A stretch of DNA of 63,971 nucleotides, the filler included, from Octopus bimaculoides (lineage: Eukaryota), in NCBI RefSeq assembly GCF_001194135.2. It is 4 parts of 4 records of this genome, joined end to end, with 100 filler letters (N's around TTAATTAATTAA, not from the genome) between each part and the next. Parts side by side here need not be neighbours in the genome. Positions count along the whole stretch, not along the records: positions 29,613 to 54,405 come from NC_068992.1; positions 54,506 to 60,188 come from NC_069004.1; positions 60,289 to 63,971 come from NC_068986.1; 1 more part is not named here. One strand, given 5' to 3'. Below are positions 48,867 through 62,913 of this stretch, in pieces; the stretch's first letter is position 1, and the number at the start of each line of letters is the position of its first letter. Below the pieces are notes generated by a model that saw only the letters and a program-made list of their open reading frames with translations, was not told the DNA's origin and made no database searches. Both the position numbers and the translations under genes were made by a program.

Positions 48867-50544
48867 CTAACGTGGTGTAATGTCTCTGTGAAGTGGTATG
48901 TCTCGGGTTCAAGCGCTGCTGTGGGAGGTCCTTCATTCACGTTTTTCTACCATACCATTCATGTTTAAATTAATGAGGTAAATCAATTGACCGTAAACAT
49001 ACCTCCCACTTCAACTCCTCGCCTCAAGTCACGTTGCGCAGGACTGATGTCCTCCGTCGAAGTCAGTACCACTATTACTACGACTACTACCACCACAACC
49101 AATACTACTACTACCCCCACCACCACCGCCACGTTTATTACTTTTACTACTACAACTTCTACTATTACTGCCACCACCACAACTACTATTACTACTACTA
49201 TCACAACCACAACCACCTCTGCCATGACTGTTGTGCTTACTACAACTTCTACTACTACTGCCACTACCACCACAACCAATACTACTACCACTACTACTAA
49301 TAATCCTCCTCCTCCTCCTCCTCCTACTACTACTACTACTACTACTACTAGTATCTCTAACTCTACTACTACTGTTGCTACTACCGCTACCACCACCACC
49401 ACTAACATCGCCACCATCACTACTGCGAGCACAGCAGCAAACAATAGTAAGAACAACGCAACCGAAATACTACAGCCTAAGCCACTTCGTATTCTAACAC
49501 CACAAGACTGCGAGTACCACGAGCAAAACAACATAGGAATCACTACCACTTACTACAACCTTCACTATTACTTCCATAAGTGCCACTAATAACACTGCAG
49601 CCAATACCACCACCTGTCTACGATAATTAATACTATGAGCAAGACTGCAACCAGCACCACTCCACCATAATGCCTAATGCTGCAATCACAAGTACCACTA
49701 ACAGCACTGCAGCCAACACCTCAATCCATATTCACAATCAGTACTACTACCTAAACCACAGCTAATACCGCTATCTACCTCTAACATCAACATCCAAGGG
49801 TACAAACGAGTCATTCAGTACGCCTCTACGGAGGCGGCGTGGGTGGGGGAAGGATTTGGTCCAACGAACTCCTGGAAATGGCAGCAAATCTACCACATTT
49901 CACATTCGACCCACTTACAGAAAAAACAAAGTGTGCAATGACTGAAATATAGATGATAAGGTCATGGTTGGAATATTTTAAAATCATAGGATCGTTCATG
50001 ACTAACGTGGTATAATGTCTTTGTGAAGTGGTATGTCTCGGGTTCAAGCGCTGCCGTGGGAGGTCCTTCATTCACGTTTTTCTACCTTACCATTCATGTT
50101 TAAATTAATGAGGTAAATCAATTGACCGTAAATATACCTCCCACTTCAACTCCTCGCCTCAAGTCACGTGGCACGGGACTGATGTCCTCCGTCGAAGTCA
50201 ATACCACTATTACTACAACTACTACCACTACAACCAATACTACTGCTACTACTACTACCACTGCTGCTGCTACTATTACTACTAGTATTACTACCACTAC
50301 TACCACAACCACAACCACCTCCACGACGATCACAACCATTACAACTAATACTACTACTGCTGCTGCTACTACCACCACCACCACTAATAATAATAATAAT
50401 ACTAGTATTATTACCACCACTACCACAACCACTTCCATGCCGATCACAACAATTACAACCAATACTACTACAATTACTACCACTATTACTACTGCTGTTA
50501 CTACTACTACTACTACTACTACTAATACTGCTGCTACAACTACA

Positions 50545-50601
<57 letters not shown>

Positions 50602-51601
50602 ACAACAACAACAACAACAACTACTACTACTACTACCACTACAACTACAATCATCCCCATGACGATCACAACTACTACAACTACAACCACTACTACTGCT
50701 GATTACCTATACTATCTCCATCAATACACTACAACCTATACTATCTCTATCACCACCACCACCACCACCACCAGCGCTACCATCTCCTCTACGAAGAAAG
50801 ACTCTAACAATACAAAACAATATGAACAACGGTGCTAACAGCCACACCAGCACTACCACCACTACATATATCACCGCCACTACCATCAATACCAGCACCA
50901 CAAAACTAACACTAACACCACCACTGAAAGCACTAGCACCAAAACTAATGCCAACAGAATCATTAGCGTCATCAACACCATAAGCAACAACTACAACTGC
51001 AACATTAACACCAACACCACCAATGCCACAAACCACACCAGCATCTATACGAATACCACAGCCAATACTCAGTTCTACAAATACCATCTTGAACACTACT
51101 ACCTATACTATATTCAACATCACCACAAACACCCACTTCTATGAGCAACAACAGCAATACACCCATCAGCAACGTCACCATCAAAACCAAAAATCAATGT
51201 GTGTGTGTGTGTGTGCTTGTTTCCCATTGCCGCTTGACAGCCGGTGTTGGTGAGTTTGCGTCCCCGTAACTTCAGCGGTTCGGCATAAGAGAACCGATAG
51301 AATAAGAACCAGGCTTTAAGAAATGAAGTACTAGGGTCGATTCATTCGGTTAAAAATCATCAAGGTGATGCTCCAGTATGGCCGCTGTCTAATGATTGAC
51401 ACCAATGAAAGTAAACGATACATATGTTTGTGTGTGTCTGTGTGTGTATATATGCATATATATATATACATATATATACATATATATATTATACACATAT
51501 ATAATATACATATATATATATATTATATNNNNNNNNNNNNNNNNNNNNNNNNNNNNNNNNNNNNNNNNNNNNNNNNNNNNNNNNNNNNNNNNNNNNNNNN
51601 N

Positions 51602-51639
<38 letters not shown>

Positions 51640-51870
51640 CCGACAGGACTTAAGAACCACCACCGCAACAAGCCCAGCTACTACTATTTCTACGACTAAC
51701 ACTGCCGTGGGAGGTACTTCATTCACATGTTTTCATACCGTGCCATTCATGTTTAGCTAGAGGGGAGAGTCAATTGACTGGAACATACCTCCCACTTCAA
51801 CTCCTTGCCTAAAGTCACGTGGCCATTGGACTGACGCTCGAAGTCCAATATCACTATTATCAACTACTAC
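48867..51870 (+). repeat. Three copies of an about 200-bp SINE-like module, each followed by (ACT/ACC/ACA)n tracts
   Basis: ctaacgtgg..gggttcaagcgc..gtaaatcaattgacc..cctcccacttcaactcc at 48867 and 50002 (period 1135). A third, internally deleted copy lies at about 51695. Confidence 0.8.
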
Positions 51871-52084
51871 TACTACAACTACTACTATCACTGCCGCTGC
51901 TGCAATCCCCATCACCAATATTACGATCATCGATGCCACTACTACCGCCAAAGCCAACACTTACCAACGTCAGCACCGTTTCTAACAACATCGCTATGAA
52001 TAACAGCCACAATGAAACCCCTGTAATAATTATTATAATAAAGGTTGCTAATCTAGGCATGAGTCCTGTAATTTTGGGGTGCTT

Positions 52085-52932
52085 GGCCGTCAGTATCATA
52101 GACCCAAGTACATTACTGGTATAGTATTTTATTGCCAAGGAAAAGAAAAAGGAAATGCAGTGTTGATCTCAGCGGGATTTGAACTCCGAAGGTAAAGATC
52201 CGGAAGAAATACTGCTAAGGATGTTTGTCCCATGCTCTTACAGTTATGTCAGCTCGCAGTCTTAGTTTCAAATTTTGGCAGAGAGTCAGTGATAATTGGA
52301 GCAGGATAGGGTATTCAGTCGGTACTTGTATTTGACTATTTGACTATACCACATTTTATTGTCCCCAGAGGAATGTAGGGCAAAGTTGATCTTGGTGGGA
52401 TTCGAATTGTGAGCCTAAAAACTGAACGGGGGCTACTAGCCATTTTCCCGAAGCCCTGACGATTCGGTCAGCTTTCTGCCTTCACAATAATAATGATGAT
52501 GATGATGAAGAGGAATTTATTTTTTTATTGGTCACAAATGTCTGAGTCATCGAGGCCTCTGTATAGGACGATATAGAACCTGCAAATTGACGATTACAAT
52601 TTATCTCCAAGGTCAGCAATTTTGAAACGAAGGAGTCAATCAATGTCATGAAGACTAGTATTCAACTGGTATGTCACTGTATCGATACCGGACAGATGTA
52701 CGGCAAAATTGGCGCCAGTGGTGATTGAACTCAGAACATTCAAATAACACTAGAGTCTGATTTCCATTTCCTCTGTCTGGCATTGATGAGATGCCAAGCT
52801 CATCTGAGTACGATTTGAACGTAGAACGCAAAGAACAAGGTAAAATAAAGCAAGTCATATTAAGCAATGCTTCTGGCGATTGTGTCAATCGCTGTAATAA
52901 CAACAACAACAACAATAATAATAGTAATAATA

Positions 52933-52982
<50 letters not shown>

Positions 52983-53179
52983 CACAATAATAATAATCCT
53001 TTCTTCTAAAGGCACAAGGAGGAGGAGGAGAAAAAGAAGAAGAAGAAGAAGAAGAAGAAGAAGAAGAAGAAGAAGAAGAAGAAGAAGAANNNNNNNNNNN
53101 NNNNNNNNNNNNNNNNNNNNNNNNNNNNNNNNNNNNNNAGGAGGAGGAGGAGAAAAAGAAGAAGAAGAAGAAGAAGAAA

Positions 53180-53266
<87 letters not shown>

Positions 53267-54235
53267 AAGAAGAAGAAGAAGAACAAGAACAAGAAAAAGA
53301 AGAAGAATGGTTTGTTATATTGGCACAAGGCCCGCAATTTTGAGCGGAGACGGTTTGTCAATTCCATCGTCCTCGTACTTGTCTGATGCTTTATTTTGTC
53401 GATACCGGAAGTTGACCTCGTCGGGATTTAAACCCCAGCAGTGTAATGAACCAAAACAAATACTTCAAGCCACTTTGTTCGACGCTCTAATAATTCCAAC
53501 AAGCAGTGAAACAGCAAGTTACTCAAGCAGAAAGAGTCCACAAAACAGACATCAGTACTTAGCAGGTACTTTATTTTGTCGATCCCACATGCATGAAAAG
53601 TGCATGAAATTTCACATCAAAAGATTTGAAATCAGAATATAATGAACCACGATATATACGGTGAGACACCTTATCCACCGTTCTTAAAATTCTACCAATG
53701 TACCGGAACGGCCAGAAATTTAAGAAGGATGATTACACGTTGAAAATGGCCCTAGTATATGACTGGTACATAAATATATTCACCCAGAAAGACAAAAGGT
53801 AATTTCACTTTATGATATCCGGCAAGAAAAATGTACCTTTCTATCATAAGGCCAGAAGATCTGAAATGTTTGTGGGGAATGGTCTGGTCGATTATATCGA
53901 CCCGAGTTCTTCACTGGTACATACTGTATGGACCCTCAGAGGATGAAAGGTAACTTCAATGAGCAGAGATTGGGTTCAGAACGTCAAGAGGGGCGAGATG
54001 TCGCTAGTGTTACTAAGTCGATATAACGTACAAGGCCAATAAGTTACAGGGGTGGCTGAGTCAATACACAAGACTCACGTACTTGTCTAGCATTTTGTTT
54101 TACTGACCCTGAAGGGAGGAAGGCAAAGCTCACTTTGGCGGGATTTGAACTCAGAATAGAAATATGTTGGAAACAATACCGCTGGGCAATATGTTTTTGA
54201 CGCTCTAACGATTTCTGTCAATCTATCGTCCTTAA
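52085..54235 (-). mobile_element. Stack of about 7 decayed family C SINE copies, all on the minus strand
   Basis: Recurrent gggatttgaactc / ttttattgtc..ccc / tgactggtac motifs (reverse complement of family C), interleaved with (AAT)n and (AAG)n. Confidence 0.65.
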
Positions 54236-56554
54236 TAATTACAGCAGTGGCAATAATGAATATGAAGGCTAGTGAACATAAGTATATTGATGGACAAAGA
54301 AAATGTTAACCACACATACACACGCACATACGTACACACACACGTACACACACACACACACAAAAACACGCACACACACCCACACACGCACGCACACACA
54401 CACACNNNNNNNNNNNNNNNNNNNNNNNNNNNNNNNNNNNNNNNNNNNNTTAATTAATTAANNNNNNNNNNNNNNNNNNNNNNNNNNNNNNNNNNNNNNN
54501 NNNNNTATATATATATATATATATATATATAAATATATATATATATACATATATATATATGCAAGTAGTTATAATATACACATACGCATATTCATAGACG
54601 TAGAAATCATGATGTTATATATTTGTATTAAAATGCGTGCGGTGTATGTATATGTTTTTATATATTCGTACTATAAATGTGTTAGTTTTCTTTGTCAGTG
54701 TATGTGTGCATAATTGTTCTCGTGTGTTTCTGAGAGAGTACATAAGCCTTGTATATGTGTATGCGTGTGTGTGCCATGCCTACGTGAATGTCTGTATCTT
54801 CATGTCGGTTCGCGTGTGTTACGTGAATGTGTGTGTGTACGTGTGTGTGTGTGTATGTGTGTGCGTGTGTATGTTGATTTGAAAAATCTAATTATTAAAG
54901 CCCAACTTTCTTATTAAAAGGTTGGCTGAGGATGTTTGATATGAAGCTCCTATTGAGACGGCGGTTCAACGGTAGCGATGAATTTCTATTGTTAAGGTGC
55001 TGATTAAAATTCAACCCCGTCCACATTCCCATCTTTATTTTCAACACGGAAAAACATCACGTAGGAATGGCACCGTGTACAATAGCGAACACACGCACTT
55101 TGCCTGTTTCAAACACGGAAGATGCGCCAGCCGCCGTTTAAAATGTTACAACGGTTTGCTCAACGTATTACATACACAAGAACTGTCGGTGAAGATTTAT
55201 TGTATGTTGATGTTGTTATTAATGCTGTTATTGTTGTTGTGCAGCAGTGGTAGTAGGGGTAGTAGTGGTAGTCGTTGTAGTAGTACTGATGAAGTAAGGC
55301 CTTTTATTATTTATTTGTTATTTGCTTTTGGTTATTTTTCTTTGTTTTTAAATCATATTCATTTATTTTTGTAATGCTGCAGCAAGTCTTTGGAATTTAT
55401 TCTGTGGGGCAAATGTATGAAATGTAGTCTTTAGAGTAGGACTGCCCGTGCATGTGTGTGTGTATGTATGTATGTATGTATGTATGTGTGTGTGTATGCA
55501 TGCGTGTATGTATGTGTGTATGTATGTATGCATGTATGCATGTATGTATGTGTGTATGTATGCGTATATGTACGTATGTATGCATGCATGCATGATATAT
55601 GTCAGTTTGTCTGTCTGTCCATATGTATATATGTATGTGTGTATGTATGTGTGTATGCGTGCATGTATGTATGTACGCATGTAGGCATGAATGTATACAT
55701 GAAGGTATGCATGCATGTACATGTGCATGAAAGTATGTATATACGAAAGGATAAATTTGTGTATCGACATATGGACGTATGGACGTACNNNNNNNNNNNN
55801 NNNNNNNNNNNNNNNNNNNNNNNNNNNNNNNNNNNNNNNNNNNNNNNNNNNNNNNNNNNNNNNNNNNNNNNNNNNNNNNNNNNNNNNNNNNNNNNNNNNN
55901 NNNNNNNNNNNNNNNNNNNNNNNNNNNNNNNNNNNNNNNNNNNNNNNNNNNNNNNNNNNNNNNNNNNNNNNNNNNNNNNNNNNNNNNNNNNNNNNNNNNN
56001 NNNNNNNNNNNNNNNNNNNNNNNNNNNNNNNNNNNNNNNNNNNNNNNNNNNNNNNNNNNNNNNNNNNNNNNNNNNNNNNNNNNNNNNNNNNNNNNNNNNN
56101 NNNNNTATATATATGTATGCATGAATATATATATATATATGTATGCATGTATGCATGCGTGTATGTATATAAAAGTGGGTTTGTGTATGTTTGGAGATAG
56201 AAATAAGAATATAAGTAGCCAACGCATGAGGTAGATTTAATCTATTCAGTAAAAGCTCATGATTCACTCAGTCATTAGTCAGAGCTTACCATTGCATTTT
56301 ATAATTCAGGTGACAAAATAATGAATGCGCAGTACTTTTTGTATATTAGAATAATTCCCTAGAACAGAGACTAGAGTGGTCGACAAGTCACCGAGCAACC
56401 TTACTGATTCATTTAATTATTTAAGGTGGGTTGAACCAAATAATATTGACTTTCATGGTTCAGGTATTTAATGAGGAATATCCCTTGCATACTAATTTCC
56501 CACAGAAGCCATATTTTCATAGTGCATCCGTATGACAGGGACTTGAGTGATCGA

Positions 56555-56775
56555 AAAGGCGGCAGACTGGCAGAAACGTTAGCATGCCGGGCGAAATGCT
56601 TGCTGTTACGTTGTGAGTTCAAATTCCGCCGAGGTCGACTTTGCCTTTCATCCTTTCGGGGTCGATAAATTAAGTACCAGTTACGCACTGGGGTCGATGT
56701 AATCGACTTAATCCCTTTGTCTGTCCTTGTTTGTCCCCTCTATGTTTAGCCCCCTGGGGGCAATAAAGAAATAAG
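56555..56775 (+). mobile_element. SINE family C, well preserved
   Basis: aaggcggcagactggcagaaacgttagc..gagttcaaattccgccgaggtcgactttgcctttcatcctttcggggtcgataaattaagtaccag. Confidence 0.9.
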
Positions 56776-57152
56776 AAAATTACTCACTTAGAGAGTAATC
56801 GTAAAATCTGCTCAAGCTCTCAACGAACTGGTTTAGGATGACTGGAGGATGTTGAAGTTTTAAATTGACCTCTATTATCGGAAATTAATAACTTTTAGGT
56901 CTGAGATAAGGATAATTTTTAAATTCTTGTCTTTAACTTATACATACTGTGTTCACTGAAAATAGCTGGTGATTCTGGCAACTCACCGACTTAGGAGTAA
57001 ATAATAAAGTAAGAATGCTAGGAATCCTTATACAATATTTGCAACTATTTTTGCAAATAAGAATGTTTCAGTTTATGCTTGAATAATGGTTAAATTATTA
57101 TTATGCTTAAATAATGGGTTGGCGTAGATGCCACCCTTAGTGTGTGTGTGCG

Positions 57153-57185
<33 letters not shown>

Positions 57186-58149
57186 ATATATATATAATAT
57201 AATATAGGATAAATTCTTTATAAGAATTTATCAAGTAGTCAGCGTGAAAAAAACCTGATAATGAAAAAATAATGGTAGTTTTTTACTTATTTAGTCCCTC
57301 GAAGCGTGAGGCATTACTACACAGTTAATGCCCTTTATATAAATTTATATATANNNNNNNNNNNNNNNNNNNNNNNNNNNNNNNNNNNNNNNNNNNNNNN
57401 NNNNNNNNNNNNNNNNNNNNNNNNNNNNNNNNNNNNNNNNNNNNNNNNNNNNNNNNNNNNNNNNNNNNNNNNNNNNNNNNNNNNNNNNNNNNNNNNNNNN
57501 NNNNNNNNNNNNNNNNNNNNNNNNNNNNNNNNNNNNNNNNNNNNNNNNNNNNNNNNNNNNNNNNNNNNNNNNNNNNNNNNNNNNNNNNNNNNNNNNNNNN
57601 NNNNNNNNNNNNNNNNNNNNNNNNNNNNNNNNNNNNNNNNNNNNNNNNNNNNNNNNNNNNNNNNNNNNNNNNNNNNNNNNNNNNNNNNNNNNNNNNNNNN
57701 NNNNNNNNNNNNNNNNNNNNNNNNNNNNNNNNNNNNNNNNNNNNNNNNNNNNNNNNNNNNNNNNNNNNNNNNNNNNNNNNNNNNNNNNNNNNNNNNNNNN
57801 NNNNNNNNNNNNNNNNNNNNNNNNNNNNNNNNNNNNNNNNNNNNNNNNNNNNNNNNNNNNNNNNNNNNNNNNNNNNNNNNNNNNNNNNNNNNNNNNNNNN
57901 NNNNNNNNNNNNNNNNNNNNNNNNNNNNNNNNNNNNNNNNNNNNNNNNNNNNNNNNNNNNNNNNNNNNNNNNNNNNNNNNNNNNNNNNNNNNNNNNNNNN
58001 NNNNNNNNNNNNNNNNNNNNNNNNNNNNNNNNNNNNNNNNNNNNNNNNNNNNNNNNNNNNNNNNNNNNNNNNNNNNNNNNNNNNNNNNNNNNNNNNNNNN
58101 NNNNNNNNNNNNNNNNNNNNNNNNNNNNNNNNNNNNNNNNNNNNNNNNN

Positions 58150-58312
58150 CACACGACCTGTTTTTTTCAGCTTCAGTCTACCAAATCCACTCACAAGGCT
58201 TTGGTTGGTCCGAGGCTATAATAGAAGACACCTGCCCAAGGTACTATGCAATGGAACCGAACTCAGGACTATGTGGTTGGGAAAAAAGATCCTTACCACA
58301 CAGCCACGACTA
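58150..58312 (-). mobile_element. SINE family A 5' half
   Basis: Reverse complement of the family A head and central domain. Confidence 0.8.
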
Positions 58313-60132
58313 CCCCCGATATAGATATAGACATGTTTTAAAGTTGAGCTGTCGTTGTAATTCGAGCGAGTCCGTCCACTAACATCTGCTGTGGCCACTC
58401 ACAGTACCTGCTGGCCATTGAAAACCAGACGGGATTGAGGACATTATAAACAGCAATCACACTTGGTTTCATAACCGGCCCCCTTCTCCTTCATATAAGA
58501 AAGTTCACAGAATGGTATTCTACTAGGGCGAAATATGGAATTGGAATATCTGCAAGATCAAATATATGAATTGCGACTGACTTACCTGTGTATCGTAGTA
58601 CAAGTCTGATTGATTATGGCTTGCTCAGGGCTAAACAATAGAAACAAGAACTAATGTTAAGAAATGTACGGAAAGATGCCAAAGATATCAAGAAACGAAG
58701 GAACTTTAATCAGAAAGGTTGGTTCCTCCTTCAATAGATCTGCCTCCACCAGTGTATATCAAACGTATACATTACTGTCTTTATCTCTTCACTCCTTCGT
58801 TACGTTTCGTCTACCAGGTATAAATTTCTATTATCCTCATATGAGATGTTACGCGTGTGTTTCTTCTCTATTAGCTCATTGATATTTCGTTTCATCTACA
58901 AGAAAATCCTTTTGTATAATCCCACGGCAATACATACATACATACATACATACATACTTACATACATACATACATACATACATACAATTACACGCACACT
59001 CATGAATACATACATACATACACACATATACATATAGACATATGTATATACATGTGTGTGTACGCGCTCAAGTGTGTGTGCGTGTGTGTTTTCCTGTTGC
59101 TTCTTTCAAGTTTCTTTCGTTCCGGCAATATTCTCACGAACCTTCACTAATCTTTGACATCCACTATAATTACGCAATGTATTCCTGTATTCAACAGGAT
59201 ACAGCTAAAATACTCGCTTCTGGCACACAATCATGTTCACGTGCTTAATTCTTGTTATTCTTGTTGTTGTAAATGTCTTGGCCGTGAATAGAATTTATTA
59301 AACTGCAGCTCAGTGTGGCGCCTATTTCCAGCCATATGGATTGGTTCTTGACAGTTAAGTATCTTGGCTAATGATGTAGAAGTATAATGACAGCAGAATG
59401 TTACAGAGTTGCTCCTGTGTCTCTGTAGCCATTGTAAATATAGGAAACCGGCCAAAAGGTGCGGGAAGGAGATATGGCAGTGATGAAACATGAAAATTTG
59501 TAGACAAACTGAAAATTTAACCTAAAAATACGAACGCCAGACCGTGTCAGAAGGTTGAATAACAGTTATACAGCAGACCTGTATATCCGAAGGTCTATCA
59601 AACACAAAAGAAAATGAAAAAAGAAATCAAAAAGAGAGGAGAAATTAAAGAAAACTTCAGAGGCCGGCGAAATCTTGCTAATAATAATTTTCAACGAATT
59701 TCAATCGAATTGTGTTGGTGACCGTTCGTAGAGGTATGGCAAAAGTGTTGATCTCTTGAGAATTAAATAGGAAGTCAGTTTAAGGATTGACTAAAATGGT
59801 TCTTCTAAGACACACTTCAGTCAGTGGTTGATCATTTACAATCCTATAACCAACGACGCCATTATTCACAAAATGCAGTGGTTTTTGTCATTAAAACAAA
59901 AATGAGCAGGAAGAAATAATTCAAAATGGCGAGTGGCATGCATTTGAATAATATAGACAAATATAAGCATATCAAATAACATACAACAAATATTCTTGAT
60001 TTCTTAAAATTATCTCCTTCTCTAGAAGTACCATAGTTACCAAAAAGCAATTAAGACCAACTCCATTTAAGAAAAGAGAGAAACACTCAAATTTCAAGAT
60101 TCTCCAAAACTGATATGGCATGATATGGCATG

Positions 60133-60188
<56 letters not shown>

Positions 60189-60299
60189 NNNNNNNNNNNN
60201 NNNNNNNNNNNNNNNNNNNNNNNNNNNNNNNNTTAATTAATTAANNNNNNNNNNNNNNNNNNNNNNNNNNNNNNNNNNNNNNNNNNNNTAAATAAAGGA

Positions 60300-60480
60300 A
60301 AAAGGCAAAAAAACAACAACAAAAAACAACAACGTGAGGACGTGATACAGATTGTGTTACTAGACGCTCGGGAAAGGAAAGAGAGATAATATGACGTTTT
60401 GAGCGGAGCTCTTTGTCTGAAACAAGGAAAGTCCAAAGAAGGGAAAAGCGGAGGAAGAAAAAATCGCCACACGTGGTTCG
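60300..60480 (-). mobile_element. Penelope-like pLTR relic with degenerate hammerhead (60391-60423)
   Basis: Minus strand CAGACAA-A-gagc-tcc-gctc-AAAA-cgtc, with the same GAGC/GCTC stem II and ttcccgagcgt flank as the copy at 600. Confidence 0.5.
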
Positions 60481-61371
60481 TTGTATAAAAGATAAAGAAG
60501 AGTGAAAAAAACTACAGAAGGCTTGTGTTACATGGCTAAAGTATATATTTAAATCGTTATGTTAGAAAAATGTTTGAAAATATTAAGTATAGAAACATTG
60601 TATTTGGAGAAATAACCGGTTTCGTATTTTCTTTTCAAATTTCTCTACTTCTATCGTAACATGTCTTCGCTATAGCGTGCGGATGGATACAAATTTGCTT
60701 TTTTTTTTTTGCTTTTTAGAGGAAAACAATAACCAGCGTTTTAGTTATCTCTAGCAATAACAAAAGATAAAGCGAAATGTAACAGAAGGTAGTGCTTAAT
60801 ACACAGACCATCGAATGTGACAAAACGCATGAAGCAATTATTCATGTAAGTGAATATTTAATTCAGGCCTAGAAATAATAATCAGTGTCACTACTCTACG
60901 GGACATAAAAAAAAGACGTTCATTTGTCAGTTAGTGTTTTATAGCATGTCGTTATTCACCCATTGAATTTCGGGATAATAAAAACTAAGATATATTGTCA
61001 CCAGCTGTTTTTGGCGCCATTACATTAGATATAAATACGCATCGTTTTCGCATTTATCATTCTTTCAATTTTCTTTGCTGCTTTCTCCTATTGGCATACG
61101 TAAGTGAACGTCTATCCATATTTCCTTTTCATAAGGTATTTGTTTAATCACATAGCTGTTTTTAAATATAGCTCACAATTTGTTCATCAATGCATTCTTA
61201 TAATAAATAAATTGAGAAATGCGTCTAATACAAATTTATCTGCAAGTATCTTGATTTGGTTTTAGTGATTAAGAAAAGAAAATATAAGGTCTCTATCTAA
61301 ACTAATTGTAGATTCTCTGTTTCTGTATGAGAATATATTTCTGTGTGCGTTTGTATCTATCTATCTATCTA

Positions 61372-61466
<95 letters not shown>

Positions 61467-61918
61467 CTGACAGTCCCTCTGTCTGTCTGTCTGTGTATCT
61501 ATCTATCTATCTTTCCACTGAATTTGCTCGAAACATGGGGGTGTTAATAGTGTGCATATTCATAACAATCTTTTATACTAGAATATGGTGTAGATAATTC
61601 AATATGTGAACGTAGGGAAATGGTAATATGATTGCTAAATAATTAACTTTATCTGTCATCCCCTTCGGGATCGATTAAAATCAGTACCAGTTGAACACGG
61701 GGCTTTATAACATCGATTTATCCACACCTCCACAAATCGCTGGCCTTGTACCGGAATTTGAAACTTATATAATAGTGGTTATCGTAATAATAGTCGTCGT
61801 AGTATGAATATTAATAATGAAGGTTATGAAAAGAAAGTAATCTTAATAATAAAATTAAATCCAGGAACAACATTATTATTATTATTATTATGATTATTAT
61901 TATTATTATCATTAGTAT

Positions 61919-62123
61919 TAAGGCGGTGAGCTGGCAGAATTGTTAGCACGCTAGACGAAATGCCTAGCAATATTTCGCCTGTCGCTACGTTCTGAGCTCA
62001 AATTCCGCCAAGATTGACTTTGCATTTCATCCTTTCTGGGTCGATAAATTAAGCACCAGTGAAACACTAAGGTCGATGTAATCGACTTATTGCCTACCCC
62101 ATACTAGCCGTCCTTGTGGGAAA
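61919..62123 (+). mobile_element. SINE family C flanked by (TTA)n on both sides
   Basis: Colinear with 56555-56775. Confidence 0.85.
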
Positions 62124-62151
<28 letters not shown>

Positions 62152-62154
<3 letters not shown>

Positions 62155-62672
62155 GTTTGACTTTTGGTTTGTATTTATACAAGTTGGCTCCAAGTCTCAC
62201 CCAGAGACCTCAAGAGACAAGTTAGAGGTTCATGTTGGCATTATGCCTTGGGGGGTCATACGTTTGGCTTTGCACATAGTATTGTTCTAGAGAATGTTTA
62301 ACAAAACATAAGAAAATTATGTGTTTGTTTTAAATTTTGAGACAGTACTTTACGTAGGATATGGGTGGCTCCCATAAGCACTATCTTTTGAATTTCTGCC
62401 ATTTTGGGGTTTCCTAATATCTGAGCTAGGTAGGAATCAGCCCCTTTTCCTATCATTCTTAGGGCACCTATGACAACAGGTATTGTTTTAGTCTTCAGGT
62501 TCCACATTTTGCTAATTTCTATTTCAAGATCTTTATAGTTGCTCAATTTTTGGTATATCTTGCCAGATACATTTATATCACTTGCAACAGTCATACTAAT
62601 GAGGAGGAATAATTTTTGTCTGAAGTCTTTCAATATAATGTCTGGCCTATTCCCATCTATCTTCCTGTTTGT
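62152..62672 (-). mobile_element. 3' end of an RLE-bearing non-LTR retrotransposon (R4/Dong-like)
   Basis: NRPDIILKDFRQK..LIxMTV..KLSNYKDLEIEISKMWNLKT..PVVIGAL is a PD-(D/E)xK restriction-like endonuclease pattern. The 3' UTR ends at (TAA)n. Confidence 0.8.
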
Positions 62673-62675
62673 TTG

Positions 62676-62825
62676 AATGGTGTAGGAGTGGCTGTGTGGT
62701 AAGTAGATCGCTTACGAACCACATGGTTCCGGGTTCAGTTCCAATGCGTGGCACCTTCGGCATGTGGCTTCTACTAAGACTTGTGAGTGGATTTGGTAGA
62801 CGGAAACTGAAAGAAGCCCGTCGTA

Positions 62826-62913
<88 letters not shown>

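Noticed and set aside
49038-49065. ggaCTGATGt..GAAgtc in the tandem module as a ribozyme
   Set aside because: A9 is missing, there is no stem II, and stem I geometry does not fit.
48987-50838. Thr-rich mucin-like ORFs (200 and 238 aa) and their Val-rich antisense ORFs as genes
   Set aside because: They start at TTG inside a repeat module, have no signal peptide, and are open only because ACN trinucleotide repeats lack stops.
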